Source: a virus. Taken from it: DNA of 64,000 nt. This document shows, piece by piece, positions 47,744 to 56,132 of the stretch (within the stretch, counting starts at the first letter, position 1; each line of letters opens with the position of its first letter). The position numbers and the translations under genes were made by a program. The stretch spans positions 9,908 to 73,907 of IMG/VR virus record IMGVR_UViG_3300042557_000330; one strand, written 5' to 3'. The notes beneath the pieces were generated by a model that was not told the origin of the DNA, made no database searches, and saw only the letters and a program-made list of their open reading frames with translations.

Positions 47744-48874
47744 TTAAGGTATATAAATGATATAATAACATCCTCTAGAAGGTTGTATATTCGCATGACC
47801 TAATCCTCCTCCTGTTGAAGAATTTGATACAGCAACGCCTACACCTATAGTAACATCGTTTGTTTTACCAAGGTTTGCAATTGTATCTGATGCAGATCTT
47901 AAGGAATACCCTAAGTTTCCTCCAGAAGAATATCCTGAATCAATTGGATCATCTACATTTAAAGGAACAGATGTTCCCTCAGACACAGTTAAATGTGAAT
48001 GAGTTGCTGGAGTGACAGTTGCTACTGCTGTAGCAATATGTGTATGCGCAGGTATTTGAGTTGATGACAAAAATACTTCATTAGCTCCAACTTCAGTTGT
48101 TATTATATAATTAGGATTTGCAGGATTTGCAGGATCAACTTCTGGATCTAATGCTCCTCCAAACATTCCAGTAGTGGTACCAACTAATGTTCTTCCTCTT
48201 AAATCTGGAGTTCCATTTTGACCATTACATAAATAGATCTTAACCCAGTCTCCTGTACCAGCTCCTGTACCATTAAAATAACTCAATGGTCCAAAATAAG
48301 GAACTGCTGTATAAGGAACCATCTTATTACTAACTAATGTAGAAGAACTTATACTATTTAAATAAGCTTGAATATAAGAATTTATATTTGCAATACTTAC
48401 ATAGTTTGTAGAAACATTTAAAGCTAATGCTGTTAAATCAACTTGTACTTGACATAGTTTATTTATAACAGCTTGTACAATAGCATGTGTATCTGATGAA
48501 GCTGTAACACCTGTTAAACATCCAATTGAGTAATCAGCATTCAATATAGCAAGATCTGCATCAATAGCATCTATTTGTTCTTGAAGATCACAAGCAGCTT
48601 CTATAAGAGCTTTTGATATATCTACAATAGAAAGATCTCCACATGTAGGAAGATATTGTTGCACAAGGTTACATACAACTGTAGTACCAAGATCAATCTT
48701 AATTCCTGTACCATCTAATGTAGATGTAAGGAATGTAATCAATGCTTGTTCTACAAATGATAATGAATCACCTGTTTGGATTCCTAGGACAGGAACATCT
48801 ATTCCTGTATATTTAACACATCTGTCAGAGACAATCTCTGTACATCCGTTATAACAATTTGAGCAATTGGACAT
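47744..48874 (-). CDS. Fibre protein with phage tail-collar domain (376 aa)
   Basis: YLCNGQNGTPDLRGRTLVG...QIPAHTH...HANIQPSRGCYYIIY matches the tail-collar/short-fibre signature. Confidence 0.78.
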   Translation of the reverse strand: MSNCSNCYNGCTEIVSDRCVKYTGIDVPVLGIQTGDSLSFVEQALITFLTSTLDGTGIKIDLGTTVVCNLVQQYLPTCGDLSIVDISKALIEAACDLQEQIDAIDADLAILNADYSIGCLTGVTASSDTHAIVQAVINKLCQVQVDLTALALNVSTNYVSIANINSYIQAYLNSISSSTLVSNKMVPYTAVPYFGPLSYFNGTGAGTGDWVKIYLCNGQNGTPDLRGRTLVGTTTGMFGGALDPEVDPANPANPNYIITTEVGANEVFLSSTQIPAHTHIATAVATVTPATHSHLTVSEGTSVPLNVDDPIDSGYSSGGNLGYSLRSASDTIANLGKTNDVTIGVGVAVSNSSTGGGLGHANIQPSRGCYYIIYIP

Positions 48875-48894
48875 ATTATTAATTTTTAAAAGGT

Positions 48895-49260
48895 TTAAGC
48901 TATTGTTGATGTGGTTGTTGTTGTAGGATTTGATACAATCTTAATGTCACAAGGCTCCTCTAAGCAACGTTCTAATTCATTACATTTACTTACACATCCC
49001 AATGTCAAACGAATCACTCTACTAGCAATCATTTGAACAGAGTATTTTTCTACATAACTAGGATTGCAATACTTATACATAAGTATTCTTCTATATCCTA
49101 TCAGCTGAAGTATGTCACTAGAAGGCACAGGTTTGTTCAACATATATGAAATATTGTTGTACAAATTATTGCCAAGCTCTGCTAACTTGCAATCTATTTT
49201 TTTAAGTAAAGAAGGAATGTTAGCACATTCTGGGCAATTTGTTAGTCTTGGTGATAACAT
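48895..49260 (-). CDS. Cys-rich structural protein with a Thr tail (121 aa)
   Basis: ORF inside the structural operon; ends PTTTTTSTIA. Confidence 0.6.
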   Translation of the reverse strand: MLSPRLTNCPECANIPSLLKKIDCKLAELGNNLYNNISYMLNKPVPSSDILQLIGYRRILMYKYCNPSYVEKYSVQMIASRVIRLTLGCVSKCNELERCLEEPCDIKIVSNPTTTTTSTIA

Positions 49261-49272
49261 AATCAGAGTTTT

Positions 49273-49368
49273 TTATTTTTCAACTTTGGATGCGCAGTGT
49301 GCACATAACCCATTGGTTAATTGACATCCACATCCCACTTTAGCTCCGCATGAATTACATTGTGCCAT
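49273..49368 (-). CDS. Unannotated 31-aa Cys-rich peptide MAQCNSCGAKVGCGCQLTNGLCAHCASKVEK
   Basis: ATG 2 nt after the upstream TAA; fills the gap between two genes; CxxC/CxC/CxxC spacing; TAA stop. Confidence 0.7.
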   Translation of the reverse strand: MAQCNSCGAKVGCGCQLTNGLCAHCASKVEK

Positions 49369-49370
49369 AA

Positions 49371-49934
49371 TTAGTAAAAGTTTATTAGGTAGTTGTTACC
49401 TGAACAACCACAATTGGTTTTTAAAAAGTTATCTAACATATTATCTGCCTGAGCATATAATGTATTGGATTCAAATTCTGCGCAGTTATTAGCTGCTGCA
49501 ATTGCTCCTTGAATAAAGAAGTTGATTGTGTTTAATGTAACACTAGATTGTGTTTTAAGTGCTCTGTCGCACTCCATCATGTTTAATTGTAAAAACGCAT
49601 TGTCAAACTTCTCTTGAAGTCTGTCAACACGTAATATTGTTCTTTCTATATAGTTTGCATATGCAGGAGCAACAGAATATTTGATTCTATAAATTCCATC
49701 AGGAAGAGGTTGATTACAACCAATATCTGTTATCCCTAAATTAGATGATGTAAATACATTGGTTTCATTAGGAACGAATGGTAATATTTTGGTTCCAAAT
49801 CCTGGAATATTAATCTCAATAGATGGTGCGGACACCACTGGAGGATTAGTAGGATATACAGAAGCATCTGTAATACCAAGTGTAAATACACTATAAGTAG
49901 GAACTACTAATATGTCTAATTGTAAGTTTGCCAT
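49371..49934 (-). CDS. Structural protein, possibly fibre hub/docking (187 aa)
   Basis: Beta-rich N-terminus with LPDGIYRIKYSV, helical Cys-containing C-terminus; precedes the fibre genes. Confidence 0.5.
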   Translation of the reverse strand: MANLQLDILVVPTYSVFTLGITDASVYPTNPPVVSAPSIEINIPGFGTKILPFVPNETNVFTSSNLGITDIGCNQPLPDGIYRIKYSVAPAYANYIERTILRVDRLQEKFDNAFLQLNMMECDRALKTQSSVTLNTINFFIQGAIAAANNCAEFESNTLYAQADNMLDNFLKTNCGCSGNNYLINFY

Positions 49935-49952
49935 GTTGTTTTTTAAATAAAT

Positions 49953-49991
49953 ATGCCAGAGGAATATGAGTTATCCTCTTTCCCCTGGCAT
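49953..49991 (-). terminator. Stem-loop after the auxiliary capsid gene (terminator/attenuator or mRNA stabiliser)
   Basis: ATGCCAG/CTGGCAT outer stem with inner AGGA/TCCT pairing; followed by ATTTATTT. Confidence 0.55.
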
Positions 49992-50021
49992 AGGTTATTG
50001 TTTAAATTTTACTTCTTATTC

Positions 50022-51194
50022 TTAAGGGATAAGTGTAGAAGTAGAAGTAGTTGTAGTTGCAGGAGCACTAGAAGTAGTAGTAGTTGTAGTGATACAAGGA
50101 ATACCTTGATCTACCACAGTACCTAAACCAGCTTCTAATACAGTAGTAATTGCAGCAGAAATACCACTTGTTGTAGCATTTGGAGCAGCGATAATTACTG
50201 TAGAGTCTTCCATAATGTAATCACCCCATTGGTACTCAGATTTGTTGTACTCGTTGAATTTGATATAGTAAGTGTCATAAGTAACACCATCAGATACCCA
50301 AGACTCAAAGTTCTCATTGTATCCATTCATTCTGTAAAGGTGTTTCAAGTAACCTGCTTGGTAGCTGTAGAAGTTTTTCTCTAATTGAGCAATTTCTGCA
50401 GATGTACCAGTAGCATAAGAAGCACGTTGAGTGATGATTGGTTGAGCAACAAAGTTACAAGCATCTGCTACGATAAAGTCAGCAGTAGTAGCTGGACCTG
50501 CGTATACAAATGTTCTGAAAGACATTCTGTCATATTCAAAAGGGAACGCTGCAATATCACAAGGTTGTCCATATTTAGTTAATGGTTTTCCTGTAATACG
50601 TAAGATGGTTCCACCTACATTTTCAAATGTATAGAATGTAGAGAAAGAAATGTTGTCAGGGTTGTTTCCTGGAGCTTTTAAGTTTAATTGATAAATCAAT
50701 TCATTGATGATAGTATTAGTACTTACATCAGCACATGGATTAGCGTCACAATCACAACAAGGTGCTTGTATAGTTACTGAACGTGTAAATCCATTGAAAT
50801 ATAATGTATCAATATAAGAAGAGTGAGCACGTAAAGTTAACGTGATAACTTCTCCACATTGTACAGTGAAATCAGTTACATCAGTAATTTGGTTTGCAGC
50901 TGTAGGACATCCTGATACTTTGTACCATTCTGTTACGTTTGAGTTACAACCAGATCCTGAAGGACATCCTTTGATCTTGTCAGATCTTTTAGAGCCTTGT
51001 AAATAAGTGTTTGTTCTACCTTGAGCTACATAAAAGTAAGGAGACGCAGCAATATTTGCAGCATCAGCTATTGAATAATCGCTTCTGAAGAAACCAACTT
51101 GTCCTGCAGTCAAGTTTTGTGTTGAGCCAGAGCTAGGGAGTGCAGTTTGCCCCACTGGAACCACGAAGAGCGTGGTTAATGAAAAATCAGCCAT
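50022..51194 (-). CDS. Structural protein, probably auxiliary capsid protein (390 aa), with a Thr tail
   Basis: Downstream of the MCP; codon usage similar to the MCP gene; followed by a stem-loop; ends CITTTTTTSSAPATTTTSTSTLIP. Confidence 0.6.
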   Translation of the reverse strand: MADFSLTTLFVVPVGQTALPSSGSTQNLTAGQVGFFRSDYSIADAANIAASPYFYVAQGRTNTYLQGSKRSDKIKGCPSGSGCNSNVTEWYKVSGCPTAANQITDVTDFTVQCGEVITLTLRAHSSYIDTLYFNGFTRSVTIQAPCCDCDANPCADVSTNTIINELIYQLNLKAPGNNPDNISFSTFYTFENVGGTILRITGKPLTKYGQPCDIAAFPFEYDRMSFRTFVYAGPATTADFIVADACNFVAQPIITQRASYATGTSAEIAQLEKNFYSYQAGYLKHLYRMNGYNENFESWVSDGVTYDTYYIKFNEYNKSEYQWGDYIMEDSTVIIAAPNATTSGISAAITTVLEAGLGTVVDQGIPCITTTTTTSSAPATTTTSTSTLIP

Positions 51195-51222
51195 TTTTAT
51201 TTATTTTAAATGTTAATAAAGT

Positions 51223-51954
51223 TTATTCGTTTGTTTGTATTCTGAACTGAGCACTCTGAGCTGCAGAAGCATTTTCAGTATACATTGCTAGATTTTGTAC
51301 TGTAAGATCTAACAGTTCATCTTCTAGATATAATTCAAGTTCACAATTTTGATCAAATGATGGATTCCCATCTAACATTATATATCCTGTTTTGTTTATA
51401 TATTGAGGATATCTCATGTACATTATGTAAACTTTTGTTGGGATAAATGTACCATCTGTAAAGTAACTTATCTCATCTGATGACAAAGAGTTGAATGTTT
51501 CTTGATATTCAAAACTTGGTCTATAATGATCATTATTTAATATGAACTGAAGATCACCATGTTTAGCAAGATCTCTATTAATCCAAATCTTTCTATCTTT
51601 ACATCTTCCTTTATCTGCCAACAAATATGAATCTATGTAGAACATATATTGTGGAGTAAGATTATGCACATACGTGCACCATTGATTTAATTCAACATTC
51701 TTTAGTGTAAGATCTAAAGGTTGATGATTATAATTCATTATAAGACTTTGTAAGTCTTCATAACGCTTTTTAAATGCATCTTGTCCTAATTGACTAATAG
51801 TACTAATACCATCGATCTTTTGTTTTATCAACTTAATCTGAGCCTCATTCAAAGCTAAGATTTTGTCTTCTAATTGAATCTGTTGGTGCTCATTAGTTGA
51901 TAGTTTATTTAGTTTCTGATCGATCTTATATAATAAACTATCTACTGGTATCAT
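51223..51954 (-). CDS. Head-tail ring/connector protein (243 aa)
   Basis: LNEAQIKLIK...YMRYP...CEL...DELLDLTV pattern of crAss ring proteins; synteny. Confidence 0.6.
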   Translation of the reverse strand: MIPVDSLLYKIDQKLNKLSTNEHQQIQLEDKILALNEAQIKLIKQKIDGISTISQLGQDAFKKRYEDLQSLIMNYNHQPLDLTLKNVELNQWCTYVHNLTPQYMFYIDSYLLADKGRCKDRKIWINRDLAKHGDLQFILNNDHYRPSFEYQETFNSLSSDEISYFTDGTFIPTKVYIMYMRYPQYINKTGYIMLDGNPSFDQNCELELYLEDELLDLTVQNLAMYTENASAAQSAQFRIQTNE

Positions 51955-51982
51955 ATTCTTTTATATTTTTAAAACTAGCTCC

Positions 51983-52954
51983 TTAAATAGAAGCTAGTTT
52001 TTTAGTTTTTAATTTACCTTCTAATGTTAATAACTCATCTTGGTTATCATCATCAGCAAGGAATTTAATTAAATCTTCCTCATCTTTAGCTATTTCATAT
52101 TCACCTTCATAAACCTTACCGTTAGGTTTGATTCTATATACTGAATGTGCTACAGCTTGTTTTACTAAATCTTTAATATGGAGTAAACTTTCTTTCATGT
52201 CAGCAAATCTATTGAACACTTCAACTGGATTTAATCCTGAATATTTACCATTCTTAAATTCTGTTTGTTTCAATGTGTTATCTACTAAGTTGTATACCAC
52301 TTCTTCTTTTGAATCTTCTGATACTGGAAGACCTAAAAGTCTTGCAACTTTACGTTTCTTCTCAGGAGTCATTGAATCAAACTTAACAATTGCTTTGTTG
52401 ATCAATTGTTTTTTCTTGAAGATCACTGCATTCTCTATCTCATCATCTACCACATAAAACTGTGTATCTGCTGGATACTCTCCTCTTTCCCATGCTTGGT
52501 AAGAAGATGCAATGGTTGGATGTACTCTTAACCATGAAAAGGCTATTTCTTGAAAAGCATTTCCTAAATCAAAATAGTTATCACCATCTAACAGTTTAAC
52601 TGCTTGTACGTGAGTTTGATCATCTGGAGATAATGATAATCCATAGTTCCAGAATTTAGAACGAGGACCAAGATCAATATCACCTATTTGTTCTTCAAGC
52701 TTTTTTCTAAGAGCGTTAACTCTTTCAATCTCAAGTTCTTTTTCTGTAGGATCTGCGATTCTTTTGATGTATGTAGCATCTGGATCAAGTCCTGTTCTGT
52801 ACTTACCATCTAATTCTTTATAAGGATATTTGAACACACCTGTACCAGGGATTCTTGTCATTCCTTTCTGTGATAATCCACTATCCATTGTTTGAAGTTG
52901 AGCACTATTTGAATAGTCTCTCTTAATAGTAGAAATTTTGCCTGTTTTACCCAT
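51983..52954 (-). CDS. Conserved crAss-like protein encoded next to the MCP (323 aa)
   Basis: Immediately downstream of the MCP; RTGLD...FW...YFDL...ARLLG pattern. Confidence 0.55.
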   Translation of the reverse strand: MGKTGKISTIKRDYSNSAQLQTMDSGLSQKGMTRIPGTGVFKYPYKELDGKYRTGLDPDATYIKRIADPTEKELEIERVNALRKKLEEQIGDIDLGPRSKFWNYGLSLSPDDQTHVQAVKLLDGDNYFDLGNAFQEIAFSWLRVHPTIASSYQAWERGEYPADTQFYVVDDEIENAVIFKKKQLINKAIVKFDSMTPEKKRKVARLLGLPVSEDSKEEVVYNLVDNTLKQTEFKNGKYSGLNPVEVFNRFADMKESLLHIKDLVKQAVAHSVYRIKPNGKVYEGEYEIAKDEEDLIKFLADDDNQDELLTLEGKLKTKKLASI

Positions 52955-52990
52955 AATGTAGTTATTTAATAATGTTTGGTTTAATTTAGT

Positions 52991-53043
52991 AGAGTGGTCC
53001 CATCGAAGGAAGCAGCGACCAGTTTACACCAATCCATCACTCT
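52991..53043 (-). ncRNA. Putative structured cis-RNA (three-way junction with GNRA and T-loop-like hairpins)
   Basis: AGAGTG/CACTCT closing stem; GATTGGT-GTAA-ACTGGTC; TTCC-TTCGAT-GGGA; G-U pairs work only on the minus strand. Confidence 0.5.
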
Positions 53044-53048
53044 GGTTT

Positions 53049-53096
53049 GAGAATCATCCCCTCGTAGGAGGGAGAGGAGTTGAGGGGATTCTTCTC
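53049..53096 (-). other. Strong stem-loop immediately 3' of the MCP stop
   Basis: GAGAA-GA-ATCCCCTC / GAGGGGAT-GA-TTCTC with an 18-nt pyrimidine-rich loop; no U-tract. Confidence 0.65.
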
Positions 53097-53108
53097 GGAA
53101 TTTTATTA

Positions 53109-54671
53109 TTAGAATTGTGGCATTTCCTCAATCAACACAGTTCTAGAAAGATCTTCGATAAATACATCACATCTATCTTTCATCCAGATTTCGTATCCTG
53201 GGAATTTATTAGCAGAACTCATACCTTGAGATTTAGCAAAACCTAAGTGGTGACGAGTACCATCAATATAACCCCAAGTCATAGAAGGTGCACCCTTCAT
53301 ACGTACTTCACGGATGTTGTTTACCATTGAACCATCAGACATTGGAGAAACATCAAACACCATAAATACTGGAGTAGATTTTTTGTTTTGTCCAAACTCT
53401 AAGTTAGATTGTGGTAAATCTAATTCTTTTAAGTGGATTAATTCAACACGTCCAGTCTCACGAGTTACCATTGCATCAAATGCAAAGTTGTAAGTGATGT
53501 GTTGTCCTTCACCTTGCATATATCTGTTTCCAGAATCAGCCATGAAAGTTAATCCAGAGTTTAATGCATCATTTTTAAGAGCTTGTTGGAATACATCGAA
53601 TCCAGCTTCATTAGTATACATTTTAACACTTCTATCTTTAACGTCCACACGTCTGTAGAATAAATCTCCAAATACAGAACGGATTAAGTTAGCAGAGAAC
53701 TCACCTCTGTTGTATTGTACTAAGTTTCCATTGTTACGCATTCTGTGGTATACACCAGCAGATGTTCTTTTCAATTCTTGTTTAGAACCGTTAGTTTTAA
53801 CTGTACCTGGTTTAGCCCAGATCATACGTTTAACTTTTAATTCTAACATAGATTTACGCATCCAGAATTCGATGAACGGTTCCCATTTAACATCATTACG
53901 AGTTAAAGGTAATTGGTTACGTCTTTGAGGAGCATAAACTAAAATGTCTAATGGTTTACCAGAAGCATCTCTCATCATTTTGTCATCAGCCCATTCAGTA
54001 ATTTTGTGCTCATATCCATATGCAGAACCTAAAGATTCGAACATAGTGATTTGCTCACCTAATCTTGGAAGACCTAATAAGTCTTGATCAAATTCACCAA
54101 TAGCAGCATCAACTAATTCTAGCTCAACACCATATTGTAAAAATACAGGGTTTACAAAGTCTACAACTGGGTTGTCAGTTACTAATGTAAATGAATACAA
54201 GAATCCCATATTCCAAGGCACTGGATCTTTGATCACGTAGAAACGTGGACCATACTGACGTGTACCTACAGAGATGATAGCATTTTTAGAGAACTCGTTA
54301 GTATCTAATACTAATTGGAACTCTTGACCATCAATACCTGTTTTACCTGCATCAATTAAAGTTTGAGTAGAAGCAGGAATGTCAATAATTTTTGGGAATT
54401 TGTAAGGAACAGCTACTTGCCATTTCCAAGCATCACTATTATTATCAATGTAATAAGGTGTGCTTTTGTTGATCATGTCTAAGAAGTCATTACTGTACAA
54501 TGAGCTCTGAGTATATAAAGAGATGATCTTTTTATCATAATCAGCTGGCTCAGTGGAGTGAAAAGACTCCAAGTGGTTAGAGTCTGTAAGTTTTCCTACT
54601 GCACGCTTATCCATAGATGCAACACGAGCGTAAGTAAAACCTGTTAACCCAGGGATTGTTTGAATTGCCAT
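53109..54671 (-). CDS. Major capsid protein (crAss-like HK97 fold, 520 aa)
   Basis: Canonical order terL-portal-scaffold-MCP; biased codon usage; KMYTNEAG...F and VELIHLKELD motifs. Confidence 0.85.
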   Translation of the reverse strand: MAIQTIPGLTGFTYARVASMDKRAVGKLTDSNHLESFHSTEPADYDKKIISLYTQSSLYSNDFLDMINKSTPYYIDNNSDAWKWQVAVPYKFPKIIDIPASTQTLIDAGKTGIDGQEFQLVLDTNEFSKNAIISVGTRQYGPRFYVIKDPVPWNMGFLYSFTLVTDNPVVDFVNPVFLQYGVELELVDAAIGEFDQDLLGLPRLGEQITMFESLGSAYGYEHKITEWADDKMMRDASGKPLDILVYAPQRRNQLPLTRNDVKWEPFIEFWMRKSMLELKVKRMIWAKPGTVKTNGSKQELKRTSAGVYHRMRNNGNLVQYNRGEFSANLIRSVFGDLFYRRVDVKDRSVKMYTNEAGFDVFQQALKNDALNSGLTFMADSGNRYMQGEGQHITYNFAFDAMVTRETGRVELIHLKELDLPQSNLEFGQNKKSTPVFMVFDVSPMSDGSMVNNIREVRMKGAPSMTWGYIDGTRHHLGFAKSQGMSSANKFPGYEIWMKDRCDVFIEDLSRTVLIEEMPQF

Positions 54672-54707
54672 TGTTATTCGTTTTTGTTAATTATTAATTA
54701 TTTTTTG

Positions 54708-55991
54708 TTATAAAAACCATGAGCTAGGGTTAGCTTTTGAACCACCAGTACTTGTACCTGTTTTAGATTTAGTAACTTGTCTTGCAACTTCTCCGAACAA
54801 TTGGTTAGACTTTTTAGTCACACCTGTTCTTTGTATAGTTGATAATGTAGGATCTTTCTCTAACATTTTCATAAGAAGTCCTAACTTAACTTTCATCTCA
54901 TGGTTTTCTGGTTTCTTCATATCCAGAATAGCACGGTCAAAGTCTGTAAGAGTTTCTCCTGTAGGAGTTTTCCACTTATCAACTAATAAGAAGTCTTGTA
55001 GTTCGCCTGCTAATTTTGGATTGATAGGAATACCATCAAACTCTTTGTTCTTTATCTTATCTTGTAAGATGGATTGAACATTTGTAATGTACTGATTCTT
55101 AATAGCTTGCTTTTGTCTTAACTCTTGTTCAGCGTTAGCTTCCATTTGTTGTAACTTAGCTGCTTCTTTTTTAACCAGCACTTTGTGATGTTTAGTAGCT
55201 ACGCTTTCTAAATCACCGTAATTTTTAAGTCTTTCAACTTCTGTTTCCACATCTTCTTGATCAAATCCTTGATCAGACAATGCTTGTTTCATTATTCTTA
55301 CTTGGTTAGTTTCATCTGAAAGATCCATTTCAGCAAAGTTCACCACTTGGTTATATGTACCAAAATATTCTTTTGGATTAACTCCTTTTACAAATATGGC
55401 TTCAAAAGCTTCTTGGTAATCTTCTCCAAATTGTCCTATGAAATTTTGAACCATTTCAGAGGCACCTTTTTTCTTTTCATTGTTGAATCTTTCCAAGAAT
55501 TCTTCTGCTGTAGAAATTGGTGTTTCTTCTTCTCCATCTTCTGATGTAAACACTCCTAACTTAAATAAGTCATTTGAAAGTGCAGTGAATTGCGTTCCTT
55601 CAGAAGCATCATCATCAGAATCATCATCATCGTTAGATGTTTCTGCTGGTTTAGCTGCTGCTGGAGCTGCAGGTGCACCATTGTCATCATCATCATCATC
55701 ATCATCAGAATCACTTAAGAAATCAGAGATCATTGATTGTCCATCTAATTTCTCTTCATCTGTTTTACCATCAACGCTTTTAGGAGGAACAATATCCTTA
55801 CCTTTTGGTACTGCTGGTGCACTTGGTGCAGCAGGAGCATCTGCATCTTTTATAATTGCAGTTACGTCTTCTGGATTAGAAGTTGATGTCTCAGGGGAAA
55901 ATAAGTCTTGTAACAATTCTTGGTTACCCATCCCCATTTCCATAGTATCCTGGATACTAAAGTTACCCATAGTTTCTAAATTATCAGCCAT
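54708..55991 (-). CDS. Putative capsid scaffolding protein (427 aa)
   Basis: Very acidic, low-complexity N-terminal half and helical C-terminal half; lies between portal and MCP. Confidence 0.7.
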   Translation of the reverse strand: MADNLETMGNFSIQDTMEMGMGNQELLQDLFSPETSTSNPEDVTAIIKDADAPAAPSAPAVPKGKDIVPPKSVDGKTDEEKLDGQSMISDFLSDSDDDDDDDDNGAPAAPAAAKPAETSNDDDDSDDDASEGTQFTALSNDLFKLGVFTSEDGEEETPISTAEEFLERFNNEKKKGASEMVQNFIGQFGEDYQEAFEAIFVKGVNPKEYFGTYNQVVNFAEMDLSDETNQVRIMKQALSDQGFDQEDVETEVERLKNYGDLESVATKHHKVLVKKEAAKLQQMEANAEQELRQKQAIKNQYITNVQSILQDKIKNKEFDGIPINPKLAGELQDFLLVDKWKTPTGETLTDFDRAILDMKKPENHEMKVKLGLLMKMLEKDPTLSTIQRTGVTKKSNQLFGEVARQVTKSKTGTSTGGSKANPSSWFL

Positions 55992-56022
55992 ATGTAGTTG
56001 TATTTATGTTTGGTTTATTATG

Positions 56023-56053
56023 TAAAAGTATAACAACACTATTTAATATCAAA
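56023..56053 (-). promoter_or_regulatory. Bacteroidota-type promoter TTTG-N19-TACTTTTA for the scaffold-MCP operon
   Basis: caaa 56050-56053, taaaagta 56023-56030. Confidence 0.5.
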
Positions 56054-56107
56054 GTGTTATGAACCAATGTGGCTCAATTTTTCAGATAATATAGCATTAA
56101 CATTTTT

Positions 56108-56127
56108 TTATCCTCCGAAGAGGATAA
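56108..56127 (-). other. cUUCGg tetraloop hairpin after the portal gene
   Basis: TTATCCTC-TTCG-GAGGATAA; the U-tract is only on the plus side, so it may stabilise mRNA or terminate antisense transcription. Confidence 0.6.
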
Positions 56128-56132
56128 GTTTT

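Noticed and set aside
52991-53043. tRNA gene or hammerhead ribozyme
   Set aside because: Only 53 nt, no D-arm/anticodon architecture, no CUGAnGA/GAAA core; kept as an unknown structured RNA
55608-55707. (TCA)n trinucleotide runs
   Set aside because: Encode poly-Asp in the acidic scaffold; in frame, not phase-variable
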